Assembly: GCA_963717435.1 (NCBI GenBank)
Contig: OY970332.1
Span: 608,001 to 672,000, forward strand
Reading direction: 5' to 3'
DNA: 64,000 nucleotides
Source of the DNA: an uncultured bacterium
Lineage (GTDB): Bacteria > Babelota > Babeliae > Babelales > Babelaceae
Both the position numbers and the translations under genes were made by a program. The notes under the pieces were generated by a model. It was not told where the DNA came from and made no database searches. It saw only the letters and a program-made list of their open reading frames with translations. Numbering within the stretch: the first letter of the stretch is position 1; each line of letters begins with the position of its first letter. Shown here piece by piece: positions 10,119 through 20,199 of the stretch.

Positions 10119-10248
10119 GAAAGATCCTTATATTTTTGCAATTATTTAATTGCCTTGGTTTCTTGTTTTTTGAAAGTTATTATTTAACCCCAAATTACCT
10201 CTTACTTACAATAAAAGTTTATAGGGCTCAGTTTTTTAGTCAAATGGG

Positions 10249-11371
10249 TGTCCTGGTTCAATACATATGAGACTGGATCTCCCTGTGTTTAAGTTTCTCA
10301 AAACACTCGTTTGGGGTCAAATACCCCACCCCCTGATGGGGCCTAATTTTGTTGTAAAATTCAACAAAATCTTGAAGTGAAGCTTGTAGATTTTCCAGGT
10401 TTGGTGGACCATCATACTGGCTATAAAACTCGTATTTAAAGGTTCCATTGCCACGTTCAACGTTTCCATTATATTCGGGAGATTTAGGGGGAAGAACCCA
10501 TAAAGGGATGTTAAGTTTTTGGCATAAAGCCTCGAAGTCCGCCATAAATTCACCTCCACCATCAACCTGGGCAGATTTAATTGGGAATGGAAATTCTTGT
10601 ATTGCAAACTGAAGAAAGTCAGCCCCATTGCGACTATTGGCTTCTTTGTAAACTTTTTCCACAGCGATTTTAGTTGTAGGACATATAGCGCTAAATTGCT
10701 TTAAATAGCCTATTCCCGGAACATTAATTGTCATGTGATCAAACTGAACTAGCTCACCAGGAGAACCTGATTTCATGCCTAGCTTCCAACGTTTTGCATG
10801 GCCATTGAATATTCTATTTTTAGAGATTTTTTTGTTGCACAAGAAGTTAACTGGCTGGATTCTATTTTGTCTTACAAATTTCTGGATAATTCGACCAATA
10901 GTGCTTACTGACAACTTTTTTCCATACATGCGTTCATACATTACAGCTATTTTTGCTTTTCCCCATAGCTTGTATTTTTTACGCAATATGTAAATTCTCT
11001 GCTCCTGTTCTTTTGTCCAAGCAGACTTTCGAACATTATTTGGCCGCTTGCTTTGATTCTCTAAACCTTCAAGTCCATGCAATTTATATTGTTTTTTCCA
11101 ACGAAATAGGGTTGATCGAGGAACATCTAACACATTAAATATTGTATCATTCAAAACGCCTTCTGCCCTGAGTAGATCGTATTTCTCAAGCTTTTCTTTG
11201 CGTTCCCAAACAACCTTAGAATATTCAGTTTCATCTATGTTGTTTATGTGATAATATCTTTTACTAATGATACTAGTTTGTATCATAATGGATCTCCTTT
11301 AGAAAAATTGAACTGTTTCTTGGAGATCCATTTTAGTTTATTTTAGTCTCATATGTATATGAACCTGAACA
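10249..11371 (-). mobile_element. IS481-family insertion sequence, copy 1 (1123 bp)
   Basis: TGT...ACA ends; imperfect IRs TGTCCTGGTTCAATACATATGAGACT / TGTTCAGGTTCATATACATATGAGACT; 5-bp direct repeat ATGGG (10244-10248, 11372-11376). Confidence 0.92.
10258..11286 (-). CDS. IS481-family DDE (rve) transposase
   Basis: HTH (STLFRWKK) plus DDE: QFDH, VDGGGEF, NGNVER, YNKIRPHQG. Confidence 0.93.
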   Translation of the reverse strand: MIQTSIISKRYYHINNIDETEYSKVVWERKEKLEKYDLLRAEGVLNDTIFNVLDVPRSTLFRWKKQYKLHGLEGLENQSKRPNNVRKSAWTKEQEQRIYILRKKYKLWGKAKIAVMYERMYGKKLSVSTIGRIIQKFVRQNRIQPVNFLCNKKISKNRIFNGHAKRWKLGMKSGSPGELVQFDHMTINVPGIGYLKQFSAICPTTKIAVEKVYKEANSRNGADFLQFAIQEFPFPIKSAQVDGGGEFMADFEALCQKLNIPLWVLPPKSPEYNGNVERGNGTFKYEFYSQYDGPPNLENLQASLQDFVEFYNKIRPHQGVGYLTPNECFEKLKHREIQSHMY

Positions 11372-11480
11372 ATGGGGGGGGTGGTGTTAATAATTTTTTG
11401 TATTCAAAAATGACTTAAAAAATGTTATAATAATATCTGTTAATTGGTATGTTTGTGTTACTTTTTTATGGGAGTTAACC

Positions 11481-12119
11481 ATGAATAAACTTAATAACCT
11501 ATTTATGATTCTTTTAAGTGCCAATTCTGGCGCAGTTCTTGCAAAAGATGACAAAAATCAAGAAGCTCAGGTTAAGAGCGAGATTATTGACGATTTAGAC
11601 ACAGTTTTTCGAAATCATTTTGAAGAAACTGAAAATATGTTTCAAAAAATGCGTGAAGCACATGAAAAAATGTTTCAAACTATGTTTGATGATTTTAATT
11701 CAGAATCTGTTTCTAAGTCTAAAATAAAAGAAGGGCTCAAAGTTAGTGTCACCCAAGATGATAAATACGTTTTTGTAAAACTTCTAACAGAAGTTGAAGA
11801 TGCAAGTTTGATTAAAGTGGATTCAGAAGAGGGTGTCTTAACAGCTATAATTCCTGCAAAAGATGGCGACATTAAGATAAATATTAATGGCATCTATTTG
11901 AAAGTTAGAGCAAGAAAAGAATCCCGCAAAGAAGAAAAAGACAAAGATGGAAAAGTTGTTTCAAGCTTTGTTGAGTTTGGTAACGTTTCTCAGGATCAAG
12001 TTTTGCCAGCCAAAGTTGATGTGAATAATGTTGAAGCTTCTTACAACAAAGAGAATAATGAATTTACTTTGAAAATCGAAAAAAAAGAAAAAAAATCTAT
12101 TGTTGTTACAACAAAATAG
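11481..12119 (+). CDS. Hsp20/alpha-crystallin-like protein with signal peptide
   Basis: Phe/Met-rich N-region; C-terminal LPAKVD...VEASY...FTLKIEK...IVV. Confidence 0.7.
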   Translation: MNKLNNLFMILLSANSGAVLAKDDKNQEAQVKSEIIDDLDTVFRNHFEETENMFQKMREAHEKMFQTMFDDFNSESVSKSKIKEGLKVSVTQDDKYVFVKLLTEVEDASLIKVDSEEGVLTAIIPAKDGDIKININGIYLKVRARKESRKEEKDKDGKVVSSFVEFGNVSQDQVLPAKVDVNNVEASYNKENNEFTLKIEKKEKKSIVVTTK

Positions 12120-12232
12120 TTATACTTTTATAAGAGTTTGGTAGTAGTTTTTGCGGCCCGGATGTTCTTCTTGAACTCCAGGCCGAATTTTTTTTAGATT
12201 GTTTGTTTTAATTTTAAGCTTGAGGTGTAATT

Positions 12233-13411
12233 GTGAATAATTTTCGTACATGGTTAGAGCTTAATACTGCACAATATATCGATAATTTAAAACAGATTAA
12301 AAATTTAGTTGGCGATGCAAAACTTGCTGTTGTTTTAAAAAGCAATGCTTACGGTCATGGGATGGTTGAAATAGCAAAGCTTAGTGATAACATAGATTTT
12401 GTTGAATATATTTGCACAGCAGGAACTAACGAGGCTTTGCAGTTGCGTTCTGCCGGCATAAAAAAACCGTTGCTTGCACTTTCTTATATTGATTCTGATC
12501 ATAAAAAATCTATAGAACAAGAGATCGATTTGGTTGTTTATGACATAAACACCGCCAAAGATATTTCGCGCATTGCATCAGAACTGTTCAAGGTTGCAAA
12601 TATACATATAAAAATTGACACTGGAATGACACGCTTTGGTGTCAAATACGATCAAGCGCTGCAATTTATAAAAACTGTAAAAGCGATGCCATTTATAAAT
12701 ATTAATGGTATATATACTCATCTTAGCGATACTGATAGCCAAGATATTTGGTTCTCTCAAACTCAAATGGATAATTTTGACAAAGTTTTGGATCAACTGG
12801 ATCAAGAAAATATTTATATACCGTATACACATGTTCAGGCTTCAGGCGCATTAGGCTTTGAAACAAAAAGAAAATATTCCATGGTCAGAGTCGGCGGATT
12901 ACTTTATGGCATGTATAAATCTGATTTACATAAATCGCGCATACTGAGCAAAGATCTGGCCCTAAAATTAAAAACTATTATGACCTGGAAAACTCGTATA
13001 TTTCAGATAAAAACAGTAGAAGCTGAAAACTATATCGGTTATAATAGAGCGTTCAAAACGACAAAATTAACTAGGGTTGCGATTCTGCCAATAGGCTATG
13101 TAGATGGGTTTCCAAGGGCATTTTCCAATAATGGCTTTGTTATAATTAATAATAAAAGAGCCCAAATTTTGGGAATAGTTAGCATGAATGTTTTTACGGT
13201 TGATATAACAGATATTCCTGAAGCAAAAATTAATGACGAAGTTATTTTGTTGGGCAATATTCAAGGGATAAGACCCGAAGATCTAGCAAATAGGGCCGGG
13301 ACAATCAATAACGAAATAACCACAAGAATCAATGCAAGCCTTGAAAGAGTTATAGTTCCAAATTTTTCTGTAAATTTAGAATTACAAAATAATAGAGAGA
13401 AAATAATCTAA
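12233..13411 (+). CDS. alr: Alanine racemase
   Basis: VLKSNAYGHG PLP-lysine motif, KIDTGMTRFG, IGYVDG. Confidence 0.95.
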   Translation: MNNFRTWLELNTAQYIDNLKQIKNLVGDAKLAVVLKSNAYGHGMVEIAKLSDNIDFVEYICTAGTNEALQLRSAGIKKPLLALSYIDSDHKKSIEQEIDLVVYDINTAKDISRIASELFKVANIHIKIDTGMTRFGVKYDQALQFIKTVKAMPFININGIYTHLSDTDSQDIWFSQTQMDNFDKVLDQLDQENIYIPYTHVQASGALGFETKRKYSMVRVGGLLYGMYKSDLHKSRILSKDLALKLKTIMTWKTRIFQIKTVEAENYIGYNRAFKTTKLTRVAILPIGYVDGFPRAFSNNGFVIINNKRAQILGIVSMNVFTVDITDIPEAKINDEVILLGNIQGIRPEDLANRAGTINNEITTRINASLERVIVPNFSVNLELQNNREKII

Positions 13412-14076
13412 TGTTTATCGTTGAAGGAAATATTGGCGTAGGAAAATCTACATTTTTGCGATTGGTATCAGAGCATTTAAAAAATGTTTCAGTTTCTCTG
13501 GAGCCTCTTAACGATTGGCAAAAGAACATTGGCGGGGTTAATATTCTGGATAATTTTTATTCTGATCCACAAAGATGGGCTTATACATTCGAGACCTTAA
13601 CTTTAATGTCACGAGTTAAAGGGTATCTTTTTGAGCAAGAAAATAGTAATAAATTACACATGGTCGAAAGATCAATTTATTCTGGTCATTATTGCTTTGC
13701 GAAAAACTGCCATGAAACAGGTTTGTTATCAGATATAGAATATAATATCTATCTAGAGTTTTTTAATTTGCTTGTTAACAAAAAATGTAAAATACCGACG
13801 GGATTTATCTATCTTAAAGTTAGCCCAGAAATTGCGCTCGAACGTATTAAAAAGCGCAGCAGGTCAGCAGAAAATCTTATCCCACTAAGTTATATTGAAC
13901 AAATCGATCAAAAGCATGAACAGTTTCTGATTCAAAAATCGGGCATTATTGAAGAATTAAAAACTGTTCCGGTATTAGTTTTAGACTGTGACATAGAGTT
14001 TGAGAATAACCCACAGAGACTCCGCCAAGTGTGCGACGAAGTACAAGACTTTATGCTTTCAAGTTCAAGATATTAA
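13411..14076 (+). CDS. Deoxynucleoside kinase
   Basis: EGNIGVGKST, ERSIYS, RIKKRSR lid motif. Confidence 0.92.
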   Translation: MFIVEGNIGVGKSTFLRLVSEHLKNVSVSLEPLNDWQKNIGGVNILDNFYSDPQRWAYTFETLTLMSRVKGYLFEQENSNKLHMVERSIYSGHYCFAKNCHETGLLSDIEYNIYLEFFNLLVNKKCKIPTGFIYLKVSPEIALERIKKRSRSAENLIPLSYIEQIDQKHEQFLIQKSGIIEELKTVPVLVLDCDIEFENNPQRLRQVCDEVQDFMLSSSRY

Positions 14077-14083
14077 ACTCCGC

Positions 14084-14314
14084 CATCCCTCGTCGATACA
14101 CCCGTCACCTGATCCCGCGCTCGCCCTGAGTGTTTTTCGAACAAAGTGAGAAAAATGTATCGAAGGGTGCCAGACACAGCGGGACGAGCGGTATATAACC
14201 GCAACAACACGCCCAACTGACTAAGAATCAGAACTCAAAACTTAGATTAACACGCCGCTCGTCCCGAGTGTTTTTTAAGCGCATTGCGCGAAAAAAATGT
14301 ATCGAGGGATGCGG
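14084..14314. repeat. Family-A palindromic repeat cluster: minus unit 14084-14191 with nested plus unit 14118-14167, and plus unit 14255-14314
   Basis: CCGCTCGTCCCGAGTG...TGTATCGAGGGATG and its reverse complement; same ends seen in valS, prmC, gpmI, murE. Confidence 0.9.
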
Positions 14315-14316
14315 TG

Positions 14317-15513
14317 TTAAGTTAACTTATAAAATTTGTGTTTGCCCACTTTTAAGTGCATACCGTCTTTAAGATTAACCACAGCTTTAAAGTCAGTTAT
14401 TTTTTCACCGTTGAGCGTCACCGCTCCTGCTTCGATTAGTCTTTTTGCGTCAGAAGAGCTCATCTTGGGATCTAAAAATCTTAAAAAATCAACTATCCAA
14501 GTGGGTTTGTTTGCAAAATCTCCAAGTGCAATATACTCAGCGTGTTCGAAGCTTCCATCACGTTTCTGGAACAATTCTTCAAACGAGATTTTTGCCTCAT
14601 CTGCTTCAGGCTTTGACCAAAATCTTTCTACAATATCATGCGCCATAGATTTTTTTAGATCCATGGGATGTATTTTCCCTGAAGATATTTCTTGCTTCAT
14701 AGAAGCTATTTCTTTTTTTGTTTTATTTAATAATAACTCAAAATATGTCCACATAAGATCGTCAGAGATTGACATAAGTTTTCCAAAAGCAGAGTTTGCT
14801 GGCTCAAACAGGCCCACATAATTGCCATAAGATTTGGACATTTTTTGAACGCCATCAAGCCCAACCAATAGTGGCATAGTGATAACAACTTGGGGTTCTT
14901 GGCCGTATTGCTCTTGCAGATATCTTCCCATCAAATTATTAAAAGTTTGGTCAGTACCGCCAAACTCAATATCAGAATGTAGAGCCACAGAATCGTAACC
15001 CTGCATTAATGGATATAAAAGTTCGTGGAACCCAATTGTAACTTTTTCTTTTAATCTTTTTTCAAAGTCGTCACGCTCAATAATTCTTGAGAGAGTAACT
15101 TTGCCACAAAGTTTAACAAAATCTTTTATTGTTAATTTATCCAGCCATTCACTATTTCTTACTATTTTTGTTTTTTTAATATCTAATATTTTGCCAACTT
15201 GTTCTATGTAAGTTTTTGCATGCTCTTCAATTTCTTGTTCAGTCAGCGCAGGACGTGTTTTTGATCTTCCTGTTGGGTCGCCAATTCGAGCCGTAAAATC
15301 ACCAATAATTAAAATTATTTCATGCCCGTAATCTTGAAAAACTTTTAATTTAGAAAGCACAACAGCATGACCAAGATGTAAATCAGGAGATGTAGGATCC
15401 ATCCCAAGTTTAACTTTTAAGGGTTTGTTTTTAGCGAGTTTTTTTTCAAGTTCACCAGCGGGCAAAACTTCATGCGCCCCGGCGATCAATTTTTCCAAAT
15501 TTTGTTCTATCAT
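14317..15513 (-). CDS. tyrS: Tyrosine--tRNA ligase
   Basis: DPTSPDLHLGH, GGTDQ, KMSKS, C-terminal S4 domain. Confidence 0.97.
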   Translation of the reverse strand: MIEQNLEKLIAGAHEVLPAGELEKKLAKNKPLKVKLGMDPTSPDLHLGHAVVLSKLKVFQDYGHEIILIIGDFTARIGDPTGRSKTRPALTEQEIEEHAKTYIEQVGKILDIKKTKIVRNSEWLDKLTIKDFVKLCGKVTLSRIIERDDFEKRLKEKVTIGFHELLYPLMQGYDSVALHSDIEFGGTDQTFNNLMGRYLQEQYGQEPQVVITMPLLVGLDGVQKMSKSYGNYVGLFEPANSAFGKLMSISDDLMWTYFELLLNKTKKEIASMKQEISSGKIHPMDLKKSMAHDIVERFWSKPEADEAKISFEELFQKRDGSFEHAEYIALGDFANKPTWIVDFLRFLDPKMSSSDAKRLIEAGAVTLNGEKITDFKAVVNLKDGMHLKVGKHKFYKLT

Positions 15514-16226
15514 GAAACACCAAATAAGGTAGCGATTAGGGCCGCCGTTATAAATATTAACTGTATCAAGTAAAATCTTATTGCCGAAGAGAATAAAAAT
15601 ATCGCAAGTAATGGCGCCAACACAACAAGATAATCAACATATTCCATATAACTGTATTCTTTATCTATTCCCAAAAACAGAAAGAATCTCAAGCCATTAA
15701 CTATAATACTTAATGTTGCCATAAATACGTTAAAGAAAACAAATGCGACAAGAATCAGAGCAAGCCCGATATATAAAGAAGAGTGTCCAAGATAGCTATG
15801 ACTCAGCTCATAAACTGGTACGCTTTCAGATACCATCATTTGCAAAACAAATCTTAACGAACTTAAGTCAAAAATAGACACAAGCGCAACAAGAGAAACT
15901 ATAGCAATTAATACACTGATTATGGCTTCAGAACAGAATAATAGTACAACTTTGAGCATTCTGGCGCGGCCATGAATATGCATAGGGTTAAATGGAATAG
16001 ATCTGCCCCACCCGAATTTTGTTAGCAGAAGTAGAAAAAATCCAAGCGGATGAAAGTGAGCCACCGGGTTTAATGTTAAAAACCCAGCCTGTTCGGGGGT
16101 GTCGTCACCCATTTTTTTTGCTATATAAGATTGCAAAAAGCCGTTCAGAGAGGTAGATATGATATAGACAAATATAAGGGAAATTATTGTTGCCATCTGT
16201 TCGGCAAACTGTAAGTTCATGAACAT
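15510..16226 (-). CDS. Site-2 protease (M50)-like membrane protein lacking HExxH
   Basis: A.KMGDDTP...G.LTLNP..H..PLG...FGWG signature of YwhC-like M50; NGFLQ at the HExxH position. Confidence 0.7.
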   Translation of the reverse strand: MFMNLQFAEQMATIISLIFVYIISTSLNGFLQSYIAKKMGDDTPEQAGFLTLNPVAHFHPLGFFLLLLTKFGWGRSIPFNPMHIHGRARMLKVVLLFCSEAIISVLIAIVSLVALVSIFDLSSLRFVLQMMVSESVPVYELSHSYLGHSSLYIGLALILVAFVFFNVFMATLSIIVNGLRFFLFLGIDKEYSYMEYVDYLVVLAPLLAIFLFSSAIRFYLIQLIFITAALIATLFGVS

Positions 16227-16396
16227 ATTTTAAATCTGACAGTTTTAAATAGATTATAAGCATCGAATTTAACAAAATTAAGTCTAGATTAATTTGTTTT
16301 GCCGGTCAATTAGTCAATTACCATAGGTTCTGGTATAACTTTTAAAAATATATTAATATGCGATTTCGAACCGGGCTTTAAAAATTGGGAGAAATT

Positions 16397-18631
16397 ATGG
16401 CAACCATAGTGGGCGACGCGGGCAGTAAAAAAAATATAAAAAACAAAAATAAGCATATAGAAACAAAATTAGAAAATAATAGTTTTGAGGAGATAAGAAT
16501 TTCTTGGGGCAAATTATTACTGACCCCGACAATAATTTCGATTATTGGGTTTTTGCTATATTTTCCATCAAGAAATTATAATTTTCAATTTGATGATCTT
16601 GCAAATATCGTAAAATATTTTGACATAAGAAATTTAACACTTTCAAAAATATTTTTTGCAAATCCCCGTTGGATATCCTATTGGTTAAATTCAAATTATT
16701 ACGCCATATCAAAATTTCACCCATTAGTTTACAGGCTGGGTAATATTTTTTTTCATATAGCAACGGGCGTTCTGGTTTTCTATCTTACACTGATAGCATT
16801 AAGCAGAGTAAAAAAAGAAAGCTATTTTAAAACTTATGCTTACCAAATTGCCACGTTTGCAAGTGCGCTTTTTGTTTTGCATCCAGTTCAAACTCAGACA
16901 GTGTCGTATGTAATTCAGGGACAGCTTGAAGGGCTCGCTTGTTTTTTAATCATGGCAAGTTCTATAGTGTTTTTGCAATCACAGTATACAAAATCTGTAT
17001 CCAATAAGTTTGTTTTATACTTAGCTTTATTTTCACTCTTATTCTTATCTTGTGGAACCAAAGAAATCGCAATAGTCTCTCCGGCGCTAATATTATTGGT
17101 TGATTGGTTTTTTGTTGCTCAGGGTAGCTGGAAATCTTTAAAAAGTCGTTGGCTGTTGCATACCGGGATATTACTTACAGTTTTTTCTGTGTATATATAT
17201 TTTTTAAAGCCCCAATTTTTCATGAATCTTTTAAGCTTCTCAATGGAGGCCCAAAACAATATCGGCAACGTTTTGACAGAAAATCAGCAAGATAAAATTT
17301 TGCCGTTACACTATTTTATCTCAGAATTTAAAGTAATCTTGCATTATATATGGATCTTTATCTGGCCATTTAATATCAGTGTGGACTACGACTGGAAGAT
17401 GGTAAAAAATTTCTTTGCACCAGACTGCATTTTGCCATTCTTAATTCTTTCAAGCTTTCTATTTATAATCTATAAAAGATTACAAAAAGACAAAACCGAT
17501 TTTTTAAGTTTCGCTGCATTATGGTTCTTTGTTGCGATTTTGCCCCGTGCAAGCATAATTCCATCATCAGAATTAATTGCTGATTATAAAACTTACACTG
17601 CGTCATATGGCCTGCTTTTAATTCTAGCTGCTGCAATATTTTCAGCATTTATTTATTTGCAAAATTATATATCCCGGTTTTATGAAATTAAAAATAATTT
17701 TATAGTAATTTCTCTAAGTGCCGCTTCAGTTTTCTTTATCTGTTATTTTACTTTTGAAAGAAATAAAGTTTGGTCATCCGCCGAAAATTTTTGGGCAAAC
17801 ATAGTCAAAAATGCCCCACTAAAAGCTCGTGGGTATAATAACTATGGCGTCGCGCTTTCGGAAAACGGGAAATATCACGCAGCGATTCCATATTTCCAAA
17901 AAGCTATAGACATGGACGACAAATATCCGGACCCTTGCAACAATATCGCAGTAGCGCATTCTGCAATCGGCGAGATGGATAAAGCCATAGAAGGCATGAA
18001 ATTGGCCCTTAAAATTCAGCCATTTTCTCCAGAGGCCCATAATAATATCGGCTCATTTTATCGCGCCAAAAAAGATCATGCCAACGCAGAACTGAGTTGT
18101 CTTAAAGCAATAGCTCTACGTAAAACCTACGGCAAGGCGCATTATAACCTGGGGCTAACATATTATGATTTAGACAAAAAAGAGTTGGCATATAACCATT
18201 TTAAGACATGTTGTCTTTATGCTGATCTTGATAATGAGACCGGTTTTTCTGCTTATGCGGCCATCAGTTTTGAGCTGAAAAAATATGACGATCTGATTGT
18301 TGCATGTTCTAAGTTACTTGAATTAAAACCAGACTCAGATTCTGTCAGATCCCAACTTGCAATTGCTTATATGTTTAATGGTGATAATTCACGGGCGCTT
18401 TCTATTTTTGCGACTTTGCAAAAAAAATATCCTAACGATTATAAGCTTTGCTATAACGTTGCGCAGTGTTTGTTTAATTTGGGACAGATTGATCAGGCTC
18501 TTGCTTTTTATCAAAAAACTTCTGAAATTCCAAATTGCCCAAAGAGTATTTACTTGCAAATTGCAGAATGTCATAAACTTCTTGGGAATAAGCAAGAGGC
18601 ACAAAAATCTATGGTGCTTGCAAGCAGGTAG
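16397..18631 (+). CDS. TMTC-like GT-C glycosyltransferase with C-terminal TPR repeats
   Basis: FQFDD loop, HPVQTQTVSY, KE motif, many TM segments, RN.VW...FW, TPR array. Confidence 0.8.
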   Translation: MATIVGDAGSKKNIKNKNKHIETKLENNSFEEIRISWGKLLLTPTIISIIGFLLYFPSRNYNFQFDDLANIVKYFDIRNLTLSKIFFANPRWISYWLNSNYYAISKFHPLVYRLGNIFFHIATGVLVFYLTLIALSRVKKESYFKTYAYQIATFASALFVLHPVQTQTVSYVIQGQLEGLACFLIMASSIVFLQSQYTKSVSNKFVLYLALFSLLFLSCGTKEIAIVSPALILLVDWFFVAQGSWKSLKSRWLLHTGILLTVFSVYIYFLKPQFFMNLLSFSMEAQNNIGNVLTENQQDKILPLHYFISEFKVILHYIWIFIWPFNISVDYDWKMVKNFFAPDCILPFLILSSFLFIIYKRLQKDKTDFLSFAALWFFVAILPRASIIPSSELIADYKTYTASYGLLLILAAAIFSAFIYLQNYISRFYEIKNNFIVISLSAASVFFICYFTFERNKVWSSAENFWANIVKNAPLKARGYNNYGVALSENGKYHAAIPYFQKAIDMDDKYPDPCNNIAVAHSAIGEMDKAIEGMKLALKIQPFSPEAHNNIGSFYRAKKDHANAELSCLKAIALRKTYGKAHYNLGLTYYDLDKKELAYNHFKTCCLYADLDNETGFSAYAAISFELKKYDDLIVACSKLLELKPDSDSVRSQLAIAYMFNGDNSRALSIFATLQKKYPNDYKLCYNVAQCLFNLGQIDQALAFYQKTSEIPNCPKSIYLQIAECHKLLGNKQEAQKSMVLASR

Positions 18632-18672
18632 TGCTTCACGAATAATTTTATTACTTGTATAATACTGACAAA

Positions 18673-18695
18673 GCCGGGAGAAAATTTCTCCCGGC
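18673..18695 (+). terminator. Perfect palindrome, probable terminator
   Basis: GCCGGGAGAAA-A-TTTCTCCCGGC followed by a T run. Confidence 0.7.
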
Positions 18696-18733
18696 CATTT
18701 TTTTTAAATAACTTAATATAAGCAGGGCTCATC

Positions 18734-19582
18734 ATGAAAAGCAAAAATCTACTCGTTTTACTTCTTTCCAGTTTCAATATTTTTTCTGTTGTTCATGAAA
18801 GTTCTTCGATTAAAGCTTTGCATGACCACGTTTACGTTGAAGCAAAATCTGACAAAGCTAAAAAATTAGATAATAATCCAGAGGATAAAAAAAGTGACAC
18901 AATTGTTGTTGCTTTGGATTTGGATAACACAACTTTCAAAAACAAAAAAGAATATGCTGTAGGTGATTCTTGGTTTGTAGCATCTATAGAATATTTGCAA
19001 AAGACCCACGGTTTAGATTCTAACTCTGCATTGGATATAGTTCGCGCAGAATATTTTCCCTTGCAAAATATGGCAGAAGTCGAACCTGTCGAAAAAGAGA
19101 TAGTTGATATTATAGCCAAATTTCAAAAAGATAAAATAGTTGTAATCGGCTTAACTGCCCGCTCCATGCCATTGGAAGAGACAACAATAAGACAACTTAA
19201 ATCTATAAACATAGATTTTTCCGTTAACTGCTTGGCAGGCAATAATGAAATTATTTTCAAAAATCTCGAACACCCGTGCAAGTATTCTAACGGGATTTTG
19301 TTTGTTAGCGAAAATGACAAGGGCAAAGCGCTAACAACTTATTTAGATTTTCTTAAACATACACCCAAAAAAGTTATATTCGCAGATGACAAACATAAAC
19401 ATGCACAGCGCGTTGACGCTGCCTGTCAGGCAAAGAACATAGAGTCAATTTGTATTAGATATGGCTTTATGGACGAAGAAGTGAAAAATTACAAGCTTCC
19501 TGAAGAAACAAAAGTAAAACTTTCAAGTAAAGTTAAATCTAAAGACAAAGAAGTTAATTCCAAATCAGAAGCCATAGCCTAG
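18734..19582 (+). CDS. DUF2608-type HAD-like phosphatase with signal peptide
   Basis: DLDNT, LTAR, KGKAL, IFADD HAD motifs. Confidence 0.8.
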   Translation: MKSKNLLVLLLSSFNIFSVVHESSSIKALHDHVYVEAKSDKAKKLDNNPEDKKSDTIVVALDLDNTTFKNKKEYAVGDSWFVASIEYLQKTHGLDSNSALDIVRAEYFPLQNMAEVEPVEKEIVDIIAKFQKDKIVVIGLTARSMPLEETTIRQLKSINIDFSVNCLAGNNEIIFKNLEHPCKYSNGILFVSENDKGKALTTYLDFLKHTPKKVIFADDKHKHAQRVDAACQAKNIESICIRYGFMDEEVKNYKLPEETKVKLSSKVKSKDKEVNSKSEAIA

Positions 19583-19596
19583 AATTTTAGACAAAC

Positions 19597-19624
19597 AAAA
19601 AGGGCCCGGTAAATTCCGGGCCCT
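19597..19624 (-). terminator. Terminator of the 19648-23398 gene array
   Basis: AGGGCCCGG / CCGGGCCCT stem with adjacent A run. Confidence 0.75.
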
Positions 19625-19647
19625 ACAGTTTATATAATTAATATAAC

Positions 19648-20181
19648 TTAGCAGCAATCTTTTGTTGGATGATTCGCAAACATTGCAATCATTAACTTCA
19701 AATTTTCAAGTTTTTTAGAATTTTTTTCGTGAAATTCTTTTTCTCTCATCTTTTTATCCAATTCTTTCTTTAAATGCTGCAAAATTAACATTTGGCCCAA
19801 TTTGTGTGCATGGTAGAATCCATAAATTCTACAAGAACTAGTAGCTATAAAAGCTAAAGCTGCCATATTAAATCTCCTTTTATTTATTTCTGACATACCA
19901 AAATTTACGCGTTCTAAAGCCATTATTCTTGCTGCGCCCATAAGTTCTTTGATCATAAACGATTTACCATATTTACAAAGTGGGGCAGTGTTTTTCAATG
20001 CAGCTTCAAATTTGACAGGGTCAACTTCTTTTAATGCCTCAACCATTTCTTTAGAGAACAAATCTTGTTGATTAATGGGCTGCGGTAAAGCTGCGTCATT
20101 TTGCGCCAAGCCAACATTTTCTTCGCCTGCGATATTACTTGCAGATATTACTGTCAATATCGATAAAAATAATTTTTTCAT
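19648..20181 (-). CDS. Secreted hypothetical protein (hydrophobic-hairpin family)
   Basis: Signal peptide almost identical to the 20200 gene; ALKEVDPVKFEAAL motif. Confidence 0.8.
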   Translation of the reverse strand: MKKLFLSILTVISASNIAGEENVGLAQNDAALPQPINQQDLFSKEMVEALKEVDPVKFEAALKNTAPLCKYGKSFMIKELMGAARIMALERVNFGMSEINKRRFNMAALAFIATSSCRIYGFYHAHKLGQMLILQHLKKELDKKMREKEFHEKNSKKLENLKLMIAMFANHPTKDCC

Positions 20182-20199
20182 AATTTACCTTAAAATATT

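Noticed and set aside
14084-14314. CRISPR array
   Set aside because: Units are inverted or nested with irregular spacing; no regular repeat-spacer period and no cas genes in the window
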